Below, one piece after another: positions 22,531-35,662 of a stretch of DNA of 64,000 nt; positions within the stretch are counted from its first letter, which is position 1; each line of letters begins with the position of its first letter. The DNA lies in NCBI GenBank assembly GCA_951406725.2, contig OX597838.1:10168001-10232000 (forward strand), written 5' to 3'. The notes under the pieces are model-generated. The model was not told the origin of the DNA and ran no database searches. It was given only the letters and a program-made list of their open reading frames with translations. The position numbers and the translations under genes are program-made. Source of the stretch: Octopus vulgaris. Taxonomy: Eukaryota.

Positions 22531-23669
22531 AATGTAGTCCTGGACAGTATCGGCTTAAGGCATGAGCACATTGAGCAGTTTTTCCAGAGACCCTGTGAGT
22601 CTAGAGGCCTAATGCTAATCTATGTATGCCGTGCTTATGTATTAAGGGCCCCAGTAAAATGCATTGCCTGGGAATCTATAACACAGCCCTGGTCCCAGTT
22701 AAGAAAATATCTGAAACAAAAAAAAAAAAAGTCTTTCATTGTAGATGAATTTGAGCAGAGAGGGAGAGAGAGAAGAGATGTCACCACCAACTGCAGAAGA
22801 AATATTTATTGTAACATCAGCCAGTGGCAGGGGTCAGCTATAGCAAACAATGTATAGAATTTTCTGCAGAGTAAAAATATATCGATGTCTATTCCAGTCC
22901 CATAGAACACATTTGTGTATTATAACAGTGGTTCTGCTTAGAGCAACTGAGCTCTACCAATAAAACACCATGGCAATCTATTTGTTAAATTTCCTACTAG
23001 AAAAAAGGCCTGGGATAGAAAAAGAAAAAAAAAAAGGTTCTGTGCCTAAATTAGAGATATTTAATACAGATACTTCATGTTTATTATTGTTTTTCACTTC
23101 AGAATACTCTCAGATGGAGCCAAGCACAAGCCACTTTCATATTGCACAAAGAGACCATTTCTACACTCACATCTCTCTCACCCACTCCCAACATTGGATA
23201 CAATAAGAGAACTGTGCACACATTACTTGTCATTGGGTTGGTATACCCATCCAGGAAAAATTTAAGTTCATCATAAATTATTCATGACTATTGTAAGAAA
23301 GGTAAGCTCATTGGGTTTGGGTTACCTCTGAGAACTGTCATATCAACATCATCTTTCTTAGCTAATACAGCAGTTCTCAAATTGACAAATGTCCGTCACC
23401 CACTAAATATATTATATCTACACACACATACACACACAGGTGCAGGCGTGGTTCCATGGTTAAGAAGTTTACTTCCCAATCATGTAGTCTTTGGTTCAGT
23501 CTTCTGTAACTTCATGCTGACCAAGGTTTTGTGAGTGGAGAAACTGAAAGAAGCCTGTTGTGCATGCATGTCTCTCTCTCTGCTAGGGGGACAAACTCAC
23601 ACACAAACATATACACATACATACATATATATATATGTATGTATGTACGGTTGTATGTCTTTATATATG

Positions 23670-23715
<46 letters not shown>

Positions 23716-23896
23716 TACGACAGGCTTCGTTCAGTTTCCGTCTACCAAATCCACTCACAAGGCATTGGTCGGCCCGAGGCTATAGCAGAAGACACTTGCC
23801 CAAGATGCCACGCAGTGGGACTGAACCCGGAACCATGTGGTTGGTAAGCAAGCTACTTACCACACAGCCACTCCTGCGCCTATGCATACGACTTAC

Positions 23897-24350
23897 AAAT
23901 TTTTTTTTTGTGCATTTGCAACAACCAAAATGAATTGGACTGTTTTTTTTTTTTCTCTTTTCTTTGTTATAGAAATTTTCTTTTTCTGACGAAAATCCAA
24001 GTTATCGTTAACCCTTCAGTCCCTTTGTACATTGAGGAAAGGCCATCTCTATTCCAGACTATTGATTATGACCCAGAAACCTGAAGTATAGTTTTTGTTG
24101 ATTATTGCTGAGCCGATAAACGATTAATATCGGTTTTCTTTTTGTTCTTTTTCCAGTCATACATAAGCTGACGTGTCCTTTCCCTAGTGGAGACAGCGGA
24201 TATGCTTTAACGGGGATTCAACCAAATGGACACTTTATAGTAAAGACAGAAATGGTTCCACCTGGAAGTAAACACGCCCCGACAGGAGCTGAGCAACGCA
24301 AATATCAACAAAAGGAAAGAGGAGGAGGAGGAGGAGGAGGTAATCTTTCG
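23897..24350 (-). promoter_or_regulatory. Candidate proximal alternative first exon / CpG-retaining promoter of the zinc-finger gene
   Basis: Donor TTT|GTAAGT at 23896; unique sequence with a (CCT)n pyrimidine tract near its 5' end; local CpG enrichment at 24.1-25.4 kb. The 5' boundary is approximate. Confidence 0.45.
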
Positions 24351-26039
24351 TTTTATGATCATAAAATGAAAGTAGGAAATTTATTGTAGTTTTAACAATG
24401 GGAAATTTTGAGCAAAAAAAATTTTTTTTTTAAATTTTTTTCTTTTCTTTTTAAATAATGTCGCATTTAAAATACGCAAATTGGAGTAGGACAAATAAAT
24501 ATTTAAAACTACGATCCCCCTCCTCGCTCTTAAAATCGTAAGTTGATGCTTTTGAAAACTTCAACTGGACAACGCCCAAAGTGTTAATATTCCCTACTTG
24601 TATTTTCTGGATCTTAAAACGAATATGAATAAATATATCGACACACACAAGAGTGGCTGTGTGGTAAGTAGCTTGCTAACCAACGACATGGCTCCGGGTT
24701 CAGTCCCACTGCGTGGCATCTTGGGCAAGTGTCTTCCGCTATAGCCCCGGGGCCGACCAATGCTTTGTGAGTGGATTTGGTAGACGGAAACTGAAAGAAG
24801 CCTGTCGTATATATGTATGTATATATGGGTGTGTGTGTGTGTGTATGTTTGTGTGTCTGTGCTTGTCCCCCTAGCTTTGCTTGACAACCGATGCTGGTGT
24901 GTTTACGTCCCCGTCACTTAGCGGTTCGGCAAAAGAGAGACCGATAGAATAAGTACTGGGCTTACAAAAGAATAAGTCCCGGGGTCGATTTGCTCGACTA
25001 AAGGCGGTGCTCCAGCATGGCCGCAGTCAAATGACTGAAACAAGTAAAAGAGTAAAAGAGTAAAGAGTAAAGAGTACACACACACACAAAAAAAGTGTGT
25101 GTATGTGGGCCCGTGCATGAACACACGCACGCACATGCACGAACACACACGGACAGACGTAGACAGCGGAAAAACGATTTCATTGCTGGGGAAAGCTGAT
25201 TGTTGCACGTCGAAGAATCCATACTACACGTTTGAAAACCAGTTGCCGCGCAAAACGGGAAGCGAACGATCAACCAATGTAAATGAGCCTCGTGGATGTA
25301 CGATGAATTTTTTAAGAGGGAGAAAAAATGCTAATACTAATACTACTACTACTAATAATAACAACAACGAAAACAAAGCAGCAGCAATGTTTATATCTGC
25401 AGTAGTCGTTCATGTGCTTACTGCTACTAAATCCGGAAACTATCATTGACTGACTGACGAAAAACGTGTGTCTGTCTGTGTGTCTGTCTGTGTGTGTGTG
25501 TGTGTGTGTGCGCGCGCATATAAATATATATATATATATATATTGTGTGTGTGCGCGCGCGTATATATATATATATATAGGCGCAGGAGTGGCTGTGTGG
25601 TAAGTAGCTTGTTTACCAACCATTTGGTTTTGGGTTCAGTCCCACTGCGTGGCACCTTGGGCAAGTGTCTTCTACTATAGCCTCGGGCCGACCAAAGCCT
25701 TGTGAGTGGATTTGGTAGACGGAAACTGAAAAGAAGCCCGTCGTATATATGTATATATTATATGCGTGTGTGTGTCTGTGTTTGTCCCCCTTGCATTGCT
25801 TGACAACCGATGCTGGTGTGTTTACGTCCCCGTCACTTAGCGGTTCGGTAAAAAGAGACCGATAGAATAAGTACTGGGCTTACAAAAGAATAAGTCCTGG
25901 GGTCGAGTTGCTCGATTAAAGGCGGTGCTCCAGCATGGCCGCAGTCTAATGGCTGAAACAAATACACACACACTAGTCAGAATATTTTTAGTATATAATT
26001 GTAACAGCACACCCTTTTTCTTTTCATAAACACTTTAAA

Positions 26040-27400
26040 TGGTTGTTGTATCAGGATTGTGGAGTCAACCATTTAGATGACACCTTCAGAAAGCTGTAAT
26101 GTCATTTGATGTAAGAAATCAGTACCAAGAATAGGACAGGGCTGGTCCGTGACGACCAAAATCCACTTGAAATCCCTACGGAGTGATAAATCCGGGGTAA
26201 GAGAGATTTGTCCATAGGTTTTGATGGCGGAGTGATTCACCGCGTAGAGAGAGAGAGAGAGATGTCGGAAAGACCAGGATTGGGGGAAGTAAACCTTCGT
26301 GGCCAAATGCTTGCGCTGGCACCCGTGTCCACCATAAAGGACTTTGAAAAAATAGCATCTCGGATAAAAAAATTCACGGTAAGGTGAATCGATGGGGGAG
26401 AGAGCTGATGTGCCCAACGTCTCCCTTTCTAGTTTCTCTGAGAAAAGTAAGAGCAGGGCTGTGTACACTTTTCGGCCTGGTCCTTGAATTTCCTGTCGTA
26501 CCAGCAAACTGAAGCAAGAGGCATGCGTCAGTGCAAGAAAGAACGACGTCCGGTTTCCTTGCAGAATGATTCCGTGAAGACGAACGGTCCCTGCACAAGC
26601 GTGCGACTTGACGGGTCAGTTCTCCAATGGCCCGCAAAATTTCGGAGGACTGCATGTCGTCCAGAGCAGAAGTACAAGCTCGAGAGGAAGACGAAGAAGC
26701 GCAGAGGCAAAGGAAAAGGACTCATCTTGGATGATAATAGGAAACGGAACGCCATGAAGAACAAGTTGATTGAAAGAAACGCCAATAGAAATAGCAGTCA
26801 AAACACCCTAGTTAAAAGAAGATATGACGAGCATCGAACTAGGGATCAGTAACAGAAGATGAAATAGAAGTCCTTGCCAACGGATGAAGAACAAAACAAT
26901 GGCCAACATGTGGATAATCCAGGTAGGGTTGAGAGAGAGAGACTCATACCAGGCACGTAGGGAAAACTGTTGTCCATGTGAATTTTGGATAATATTCCGG
27001 ATAAAATTTTCTGGGTTTTTTAAAATTTTTACATGCAAGTAGAAAATTCTCCTGAGACGCTGTGTCTTTGAAGGACCAAGTTGTAAATTCAGTTACAACA
27101 CAAGGAAAAAATGGTGTGCAGTTTCCCGTTTGAAAATGGCGCCAAAATTTTCTGGTGAAGAAGACTGGCGACGAGAGAGATCAATGGTATGTTCCTGTAT
27201 GATGAATGACGGTCTGGTCGCGTAGACAAAGTCGAGAAGGAGAAAAGGGAATACGTATCCACTGGTCAGAAATTCGTCCGGGGTTTACCATTTTAGGTAG
27301 TGGTTGCATCAGGGTTGTGGAGTCATCTAACGGTTGACTCCAGAAGGCTATAATATCATTTGGTAGGAACACGGTACAAAGACATACATAGAACAAGGCT
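26040..27400 (-). mobile_element. Internally deleted Gypsy LTR retrotransposon (gag end and protease)
   Basis: Gag knuckle CWYDRKFKDQAEKCTQPCSY; protease LYAVNHSAIKTYG...LRRDFKWILVVTD..PILGTDFL; PBS-like TGGTAAACCCCGGACG at ~27290; related LTR-like segments at ~26040-26120 and ~27300-27380. Confidence 0.8.
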
Positions 27401-27529
27401 GTAACTTTAAATACCTTTAATGTTGGCCTCACACACATATAAAATGGATGATAAATGAAAGAGTTTGATGCGTGGAGGCCATAATCCCTCTTCTGTGCGT
27501 TACCTCATATCTGCTAGTCGCAGAATCCC

Positions 27530-28770
27530 GTTCACTATTAGTTTTGGTGCAACCAACTTATATACAAGCATTCCACATGGTTTGGGACTTACTGCCATAA
27601 AATATTAGGACGAGAAACAAAGAAGTGATTCCCAGTAGAGTTACTGTAACCATCATACTAGACGCGATCAACCTCATCCTCGAAAACAACACATTCCTTT
27701 TCAACAGAAAAAAAACTACCTCCAAATTCGAGGCACAACTATGGGAACAAGATTTGCGCCAGTTTTCGCGAACTCAGTATTGGGGACACATGGAAAAGAT
27801 ACCTCGATGATTCCCAATTTGGACCAAATCCCTAGAAAATCTGGAAGAATTCAGCACCCTCCCCAATAATCTACACCCTAGTCTCAAATTCACAAGAGAA
27901 ATGAACACACAATTACCATTTCTTGACATAATAGTAATTAAAAACACCACCACAATCACAAATGATATTTATTACAAAAGTAGATACACATCAGTACCTA
28001 AATTTCATATCATGCCACCCAATACACACAAAACGCAACATCCCGTACTGCCTAGCCAAGAAAATTTGTACTATGGTCGATAATCCAAATACCAGAAACA
28101 CACGGTTTGTAGAGCTCAAAGGATTTCTGCTCAAGCAAAATTACTCTCTCCTACTTATAGGAAATAGCATACAACGAGCAAAAGAGATACCTATAGAACA
28201 GCTTAGAACAACACGAAAAAGACGAACCCATCAATGGAACACAATACCATTTCTAGTAACACACAATCTGCACCACCAAAACATAACATCATCAAAACAA
28301 ATCTGCCAATCATAAAACAAAGTGAAAATTTAAAAAAAAAAAACATAACTAATCAAACACTTAAGCAAAAGGCAACCACACAATCTAAAGAAACAATTAA
28401 CAAAGGCAGAATTCAACATGAACAAACAGGATAAAATCATTGACAGTATCCAAGTGTAATGATATAGATGTAGAACGTGTCCAAACATGCAGACGGGTAG
28501 ATCCATAAAAAAAAAAAAAAGGACAGATTTCCGCAAATGCAGATATGAACTGCACAAGCAGAAATTTTATCTACTCCATTAAATGCCAGAATTGCGAGGA
28601 ATTATATATATAGGCGAGACAGGGAATATATTATCGGAACGCTCACGAGTCCACAGACAACAAATCCGGAACACCAATGTTCGCCAAATTTCACTGAGCC
28701 GAGGGAACAGAGAGACATGCAGCCAGAAAATGTTTCTGATTTTTCCATTGCGTAAACTACATGACTATAT
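27530..28770 (+). mobile_element. Degenerate Penelope-like retroelement (RT and GIY-YIG endonuclease)
   Basis: Motifs SFGATNLYTSIPH, ILENNTFLFN, LPFLDI, DTHQYLNFISCHPIHTKRNIPY and YIGETGNILSERSRVHRQQI across frameshifts. Confidence 0.85.
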
Positions 28771-28796
28771 GTGTATATTATGTGTGTGTGTGTGTA

Positions 28797-30040
28797 TTAG
28801 GTTGTCAAGTATGAAATTTGTAGCAAGGTATATGGTAATATTTGACAGCTGCTCATTTTGTGCCATTATTATATTTTGACAATCCTTATTTTTGTTAGAA
28901 AGCTGACACGTCTATTTCTTTATTCTAACACATTTTGTACTTTATAGAGTATTTATAAATCGTTTTTTACTATTTTCGTTTAGAGATGGATAAGTCGGAA
29001 ATTCATAGTTTTGAAATACGAGTTCTTTCTTGGAAATACAGCATCACAGACAACACGGAATATTAATGGAGTATTTCAATCCAATGTTATTACACAGCAG
29101 ACAGTATCAAATTGGTTTGCAAAGTTTCTTTCTGGTAACTTTGACCTCACAAATGAGCAACGCGGTCGACCAGGAACAAAGATAGATAATGATGAACCGA
29201 AAGCCACTGTCAAGTCAGATCCATCTCAAAGTGCCTGTGAAATATCGTTGTTGTTTAGTGTTAGCAAACAAACAATATTGACTCACCTAATTCAAATTGG
29301 TAAAGTGAAAAAGTTGGATAAGTGGGTTCCATATGAACTCAATGAAAATCAGAAACAGCAACGTTTGGAAGCCTATGCTGCTTTCTCGTCACAAAAATGA
29401 ATCATTTTTTAATCGAATTGTAGCATGTGATGAGAAATGGATCTAATATAACAACCATAAACGTTCAGCGCAATGGTTGGACAAAGACGAGCCACCAAAA
29501 AGCAAAATACATCAAAAGAAGTTGTTGGTGTGTTTGGTGGTCTGGCGCAGGTGTGTTCTATTATGATTTCATTAAACCCGGCTCATCAATTGCGGTCGAA
29601 GTATACTGCAGCCAGCTAGACCAAATGATGCAGAAACTTACAAAAAAATCAGTCTACATTAGTCAACAGATCCACTCCTATTTTACTGGAAGACAACGCC
29701 AGACGACACGTCGCAAAAATGACATTGGCGAAACTACAGGAGTTTGAGGTGGAAGTTCTCCATCATCTACCATACTCAGCTGATCTTGCCCCCACTGACT
29801 ACCACTTCTTCCAGAATTTGGATGACTTTTTGATAGGAAAAAAAATTTAATTCCGCCGATGCTGTAAAACAGGCCTTTCTAGATTTTATTGACTCTACGT
29901 TGCCAAGCTGGACAACACCGCAGATATGGCAAAAGTGTATTGACAATATGGGTGCATACTTTGATGAATAAAACTATTTCTTGTATTTATAAGACATTAG
30001 AAAATTTTTTTCCATTTCAACAACTTTCATACCTGATCTC
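28797..30040 (+). mobile_element. Near full-length decayed mariner (DD34D-type) transposon
   Basis: Transposase remnants TVSNWFAKFLSGNFDL...RGRP, KWVPYEL, CDEKWI, DNARRH and YSADLAPTDYHFF; degenerate TIRs (TCAAGTATGAAATTTG / CAACTTTCATACCTGA). Confidence 0.88.
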
Positions 30041-30301
30041 TGTGTGTGTGTGTACATTATATATATTTGTGTGTGTGTATATATACAAATATATATATAT
30101 GAAAATATATATTCTTTTCTTTTAGTCATTTGACTGCGTCAATGCTGGAGCACCGCTTTTAGTCGAGTAAATCAACCTCAGGACTTATTCCTTTTAAGTC
30201 TAGTACTTATTCTATCGGTCTTCTTTTGCCGAACCGCTAAGTTACAGGGACGTAAACACACCAGCATCAGCTGTCAAGCGATGTTGGGGAAACAGACACA
30301 A

Positions 30302-30346
<45 letters not shown>

Positions 30347-30659
30347 ACGGTTTTTTTTTCAGTTTCCGTCAACCAAATCCACTCAAAGATTTGGTTGGTC
30401 AGAGGCTACAGGAGAAGGCATGGCATATATCTCTGTATATACACTACACACACACACACACGTCCTTGTATTCTTTTTCCAGTCATTTGATTGTAACTAT
30501 GCTAGAGCACTACCTTGAAAGGTTTTTAGTCAAACAAATCGACCCCAAGATTTATTTTTTAAACTTAGTACTTATTCTATAGGCATCTTTTGCCAAACCA
30601 CTAAGTTACAGGGACATAAACACACATGAACAAAGAAACAAACAATCTAACATGAAACT

Positions 30660-31370
30660 TGAGGATAAATTAATACCTTTTTAGAAGAGTAAATATGCTT
30701 CTTAAACATATACAAAGAAAGGGTCGACAGTGACCTCAATGTTTCTATGTGCCTGCTTTCTTCAGGATGTGCTATACTCCAGTTGCTTGGTAGAGTGTTT
30801 TTTCATTGTGGGTGAGAGAAGCTACGTGACGGATAAGGTTTTGCGTAGGCAGCCTGGGGGATAGGTGTACAAAAGTGGGAAGAAATTCTGCATTTGCAGC
30901 ATGTAGGTTGACATTGTGAAAAGATTTTATTTGGTTTGGTGTGCAAATTTCTTTGTTGTTTACGGCTTAGTCAAGCGTGGAATGTAACCGAAAACTTTTG
31001 TAGCAAATCCAGGTCACGATAACTCTTTGTATAAAATGTTTTTTCTTGTTTATGCTTCATTAAAAAAAGGTGTAGACCTAGTAGTTACCGTTGATACTAT
31101 TGGATTTCATTTTTAAAGAGATTTTCACTGCTTTCTTAAGACTGAAAGGCTGTTACTATAAATAGGTTTGGGGATTTCCAAATCTGTTTAAAGCACAGTT
31201 ATTTCTATATTTATTACTACAAATGCATAGATGTTTATGCAGAACATGTATGACATTATTATTTACATCCGGGTAAACGTAAAAGAACATCTTCAATCTA
31301 CAAGCAGACATAGAAATATATAAACAAAATTTAAATAGTACATTAATGCATATCCATATCAACCTATAAC
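30660..31370 (-). mobile_element. Old Penelope-like fragment, with related pieces at ~33620-33830, 34320-34460 and 35095-35900
   Basis: Shared nucleotide blocks (GGGATTTCCAAATCT...AGCACA; ATCACCAGTTACTAATCTGC) and weak RT/GIY-YIG-like peptide remnants. Confidence 0.45.
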
Positions 31371-31448
31371 TATATATATATGCCTTCGTTCATATACATA
31401 GGTATATACTCACAGATATACACATGTGCACCAATAGAAACGTATAAA

Positions 31449-31488
<40 letters not shown>

Positions 31489-32191
31489 GCATACACACAT
31501 ATATAAACATATATGCATACATACATATATATAGTAACATGTAAACACGTATATACATACATATAAAAACACTTAAACACACTAATCTAATACAGATTAT
31601 ATATATACAGGAGTGGCTGTGTGGTAAGTAGCTTGCTAACCAACCACATGGTTCCAGGTTCAGTCCCACTGCGTGGCATCTTGGGCAAGTGTCTTCTGCT
31701 ATAGCCCCGGGCTGACCAATGCCTTGTGAGTGGATTTGGTAGATGGAAACTGAAAGAAGCCTGTCGTATATATGTATATATATATGTGTATGTGTGTTTG
31801 TCCCCCTAGCATTGCTTGACAACCGATGCTGGTGTGTTTATGTCCCCGTCACTTAGCGGTTCGGAAAAAAAGAGACCGATAGAATAAGTACTGGGCTTAC
31901 AAAGAATAAGTCCCGGGGTCGATTTGCTTGACTAAAGGCGGTGCTCCAGCATGGCCGCAATCAAATGACTGAAACAAGTAAAAGAGTATATTCTTTTACT
32001 TGCTTCAGTCATTAGATTGTGGCCATGCTGGAGCACTGCCTTCAGTTGAACTAATCGACCCCATGACTTATTTGTTTGTAAGCCCAGTACTTATTCTATT
32101 GGTCTCCTTTGCTGAACCGCTAGGTTACGGGAACATAAGCACACACCATCGGTTGTCAATCAATGTTGGAGGGACAAACACTCACACACAA

Positions 32192-32243
<52 letters not shown>

Positions 32244-32959
32244 TAGGCTTCTTTCAGTTTATGTCTACCAAATCCACTCAAAAGGCTTTGGCTGCCCGAG
32301 GCTATAATAGAAGACACTCGCCCAAGGTGCCACGCAGTGGGACTGAACTTGGAATCATGTGGTTAGTATGCAAGCTACTTTATTTCATAAATATTTGCCA
32401 TGAGGGCATTACAAAGAGGGGACGAACAAGAACAAACAAACATAAAAGGGTAGCAATTAAATATTTACAATTTAAAAATATAATAATTTAATAAATATAT
32501 TTACAACTCTTGAACGTTGCTCATTACAAATGAAATTTGTAATGGCTTCTCTGAAGGATAGGCATCTGACCAACAGGGTACACAGCCATACATATCTAAT
32601 GTAATGAATGTGAAAACTAATTTCTCTGTTTCAGTGTGTCACACTTTAGACCCCTTCTCTCACTATTGAGAGACACTCCTACAATTCCTCATGATGGGGT
32701 GAGAGTAACAGAAGGCATAGATTGTGAGGCGGGTAGCAAAGACAGACAGACAGAGAGAGAGAAAAAAAGAGAGGGAGAGAAAGAGACAAATAAATTTAGA
32801 GAGAGTGTGAACTGGATGCTTTTCACATGACACCAGCACTGGCAGAGTCACCAAATAACTTGCAAGACAAGGAATTTTGAGAGGGGAGAAAGCATGGGAG
32901 GAGGTGATCTTTGTTACAGATGATGAAAGGTTAGAGTGTGACAGACAGGCAGAAACACT

Positions 32960-32994
32960 TGTCTTGCTATAGAGGAGGTACATGGTTACCCGGC

Positions 32995-33031
<37 letters not shown>

Positions 33032-33620
33032 GAGAGAAGTAACCAGAATGAGGACAGAGACAGGTGTGCTGATGCAAAGGAGATACTTGGTTACCTAGCC
33101 AGAGGAAAGAGCAAGAGAAGGAGAGAGATAATGATCAAGAATGAGGGCATATATGGTTACCAAGCTAGAGAGAAAGAGAAAGAAGGAAAGAGGAAGAGAG
33201 AGAACGAAAGAGAGAAAGGGAGACAAAGAAAGAGGAAGAGAAAGAACGAAAGAGGGAGAAGGAAAGAGGAAGAGAGAAGGAAAGAGAAGAGAGAGAAGGA
33301 AAGAGGAAGAGAGAGAAGGAAACAGAGGGGGAGAGAGAGAGAGATGGACACAACCAGAATGAGGACAGAGACAGGTGTGCTGATGCAATGGAGATACTTG
33401 GTTACCTAGCCAGAGGAAATAGGAGGGGAGAGAAGGAAAGAGAGAGGGGAGAGAAGGAAAGAGAGAGGGGAGAGAAGGAAAGAGAGAAGGGAGAGAGATG
33501 GACATAACCAGAATGAGGGTAGAAACAGGTGGGCTGATGTAAAGGAGATACTTGGTTACCCGGCCAGAGGAAGGAGCAAGAGAAGGAAAGAGATAATGAT
33601 GAAGAATGAGGGCAGAAACA
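32960..33620. repeat. Tandem triplication of a ~65-bp unit separated by purine-rich GA tracts
   Basis: AACCAGAATGAGGACAGAGACAGGTGTGCTGATGCAAAGGAGATACTTGGTTACC recurs at ~33041, 33352 and 33506. Confidence 0.8.
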
Positions 33621-34465
33621 GATTCTCTTTCCATCACCAGTTACTAATCTGCTCCCAAAATGGTTGTTAAGTAAACAGGCATCACAGTCACACAAGCCAT
33701 ATCATTCATTTCCATTTGTCCTTGAACTTTCAACCACTTTGTTATGACTGAAAGACTAAGTTACTATAAATAGTTGTCGGGATTTCCAAATCTACTTATA
33801 GCACAATTATTTGTGTATTTATATTATTGCAGGGTTGATGAGAGGGAGAGCAACAAGCCATTGAAAATCTGCCACAAATTCCATCCGACCAATGTTAGCA
33901 TGGAAATGTGGGCATTAAATGATGTTTATATCATCATCATCATCATCATCGTTTAACGTCCGTTCTCCATGCTAGCATGGGTTGGACGGTTCGACCGGGG
34001 ATCTGGGAAGCCAGAAGGCTGCACCAGGCTCCAGTCTTATCTGGCAATGTTTCTACAGCTGGATGCCCTTCCTAACGCCAACCACTCCGTGAGTGTAGTG
34101 GTTGCTTTTTACGTGCCACCTGCACAGGTGCCAGGCGAGGCTGGCAACGGCCACGGTCGGATTGGTGTATTTTATGTGCCACCGGCACGGAAGCCAGTCG
34201 AGGCGGCGCTGGCATCTGCCACGATATATATACCACATATATACATGTGTGTATGTGTGTGTATACTTCAGTTATTCCATATATGTTTACATACATATTA
34301 CAAACCATGCGCACACACATATAATCTGAAAGATTTATAGTGTTGCGTGAAAGATTGCTTAAATGAAAAGAACTAAAAAGCAGATGGTTTGAAAGGTTTT
34401 GCAAGGGTGATTACAGTTCAAAAGATGCTCCATGAATAGATTTTCTTCTGCTTCTGTCAAGGTAT

Positions 34466-35094
34466 ACAGGTATACATAGTCAAGGGCGAAGCAGAAAAGA
34501 AGAAGTTTGCCAATGTCCAGCAATGTGAGGACCAAAGAACTGAAGTATTTCGGATTGCAAGACAGTGTGTGAGAGAAAATTGTGATGTCACAGGAGAGAA
34601 ATGTGTCCGCATGGATGATGGTGCACTTGCTTTTAATGATTCGGAAAAAGAAAGAGACTTGTGACACTCTCTTGCTGACTACCTCGTCGACGAATGACAG
34701 GGACCTTCTCTTTGTGGCTGGTGATTTCAATGGACATGTTGGACAACATGTAGGGAGCTTCCATGGCATACATGGAGGCTATGGTTTTGGTTCCCGCAAT
34801 GGGGAGGGAACCAGGCTGCTCGAGTTCTGCGATGCAAATGATCTTATGGTTTGGGTTTGCAATACTAACTTCAGGAATACTAACTGCCATTCACCTAGTC
34901 ACCTACCAATCTGGTAGACACACTAGTCAGATTGACTACATCCTCACCAGGAAAAGGGAAAGATGGCTACTTATAAATGCCAAAACTTTCTCAGGCGAAG
35001 AATGTACCCCACAACATAGACTAGTAGTTAGTGACTTCAGGATCAGGGCTAAATGGATGCCCAGAAGATGACCAGCATAGAGGGGAAGGGTCTG
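34466..35094 (+). mobile_element. 629-bp direct duplicate of RTE segment 37346-37974
   Basis: Near-identical sequence at offset 2880, including the same rearrangement junction. Confidence 0.9.
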
Positions 35095-35331
35095 TCAATT
35101 TGTCAAAACTTGATTGCAATAAGGGTTTCAATAAATATGGTTGAAACATTATCCCAGAAGCTGAATTCAACCCATTCAAGAGTTCCAGTAACTGCAACAG
35201 CTTGGATAGGCACCTAAACATGGAAGATGGATTCTTCATAATTTGACAGAAAACAAGTGAAACAACATAAGTGGACACTTGCTCTTCTTTACACTCTCTT
35301 GTAAATATAACCATTTGAGGGGCAGATTAGT

Positions 35332-35662
35332 GGATGAATGGAAGCACTCCGTTGGTTACGACAACGAGGGTTCTGATTGATCCGATCAATGGAACAGCCT
35401 GCTCGTGAAATTAACGTGTAAGTGGCTGAGCACTCCACAGACACGTGAAACCTTAACGTAGTTCTCGGGGATATTCAGCGTGACACAGAGAGCGACAAGG
35501 CCGGCCCTTTGAAATACAGGTACAACAGAAACGGGAAGTAAGAGTGAGAGAAAGTTGTGGTGAAAGAGTACAGCAGGGATCGCCACCATCCCTGCCGGAA
35601 CCTCGTGGAGCTTTAGATGTTTTCGCTCAATAAACACTCACAACGCCCGGTCTGGGAATCGA
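35332..35662 (-). mobile_element. 5'-truncated SINE with family C core, different tail, 11-bp TSD
   Basis: TSD GGCAGATTAGT at 35321-35331 and 35663-35673; core shared with 15166-15480. Confidence 0.8.

Noticed and set aside
24157-24339. Plus-strand exon-like segment (TTCCAG|...GAG|GTAATC, open frame IHKLTCPFPSGDSG...)
   Set aside because: No recognisable protein and no partner exons; better explained as the antisense of the candidate minus-strand first exon, though not excluded.
25578-25660. tRNA-like sequences at SINE heads
   Set aside because: No complete cloverleaf, and always followed by SINE body; not tRNA genes.
32960-33620. Repeat-spacer pattern resembling a CRISPR array
   Set aside because: Eukaryotic context, spacers are GA low-complexity of unequal length, no cas genes.
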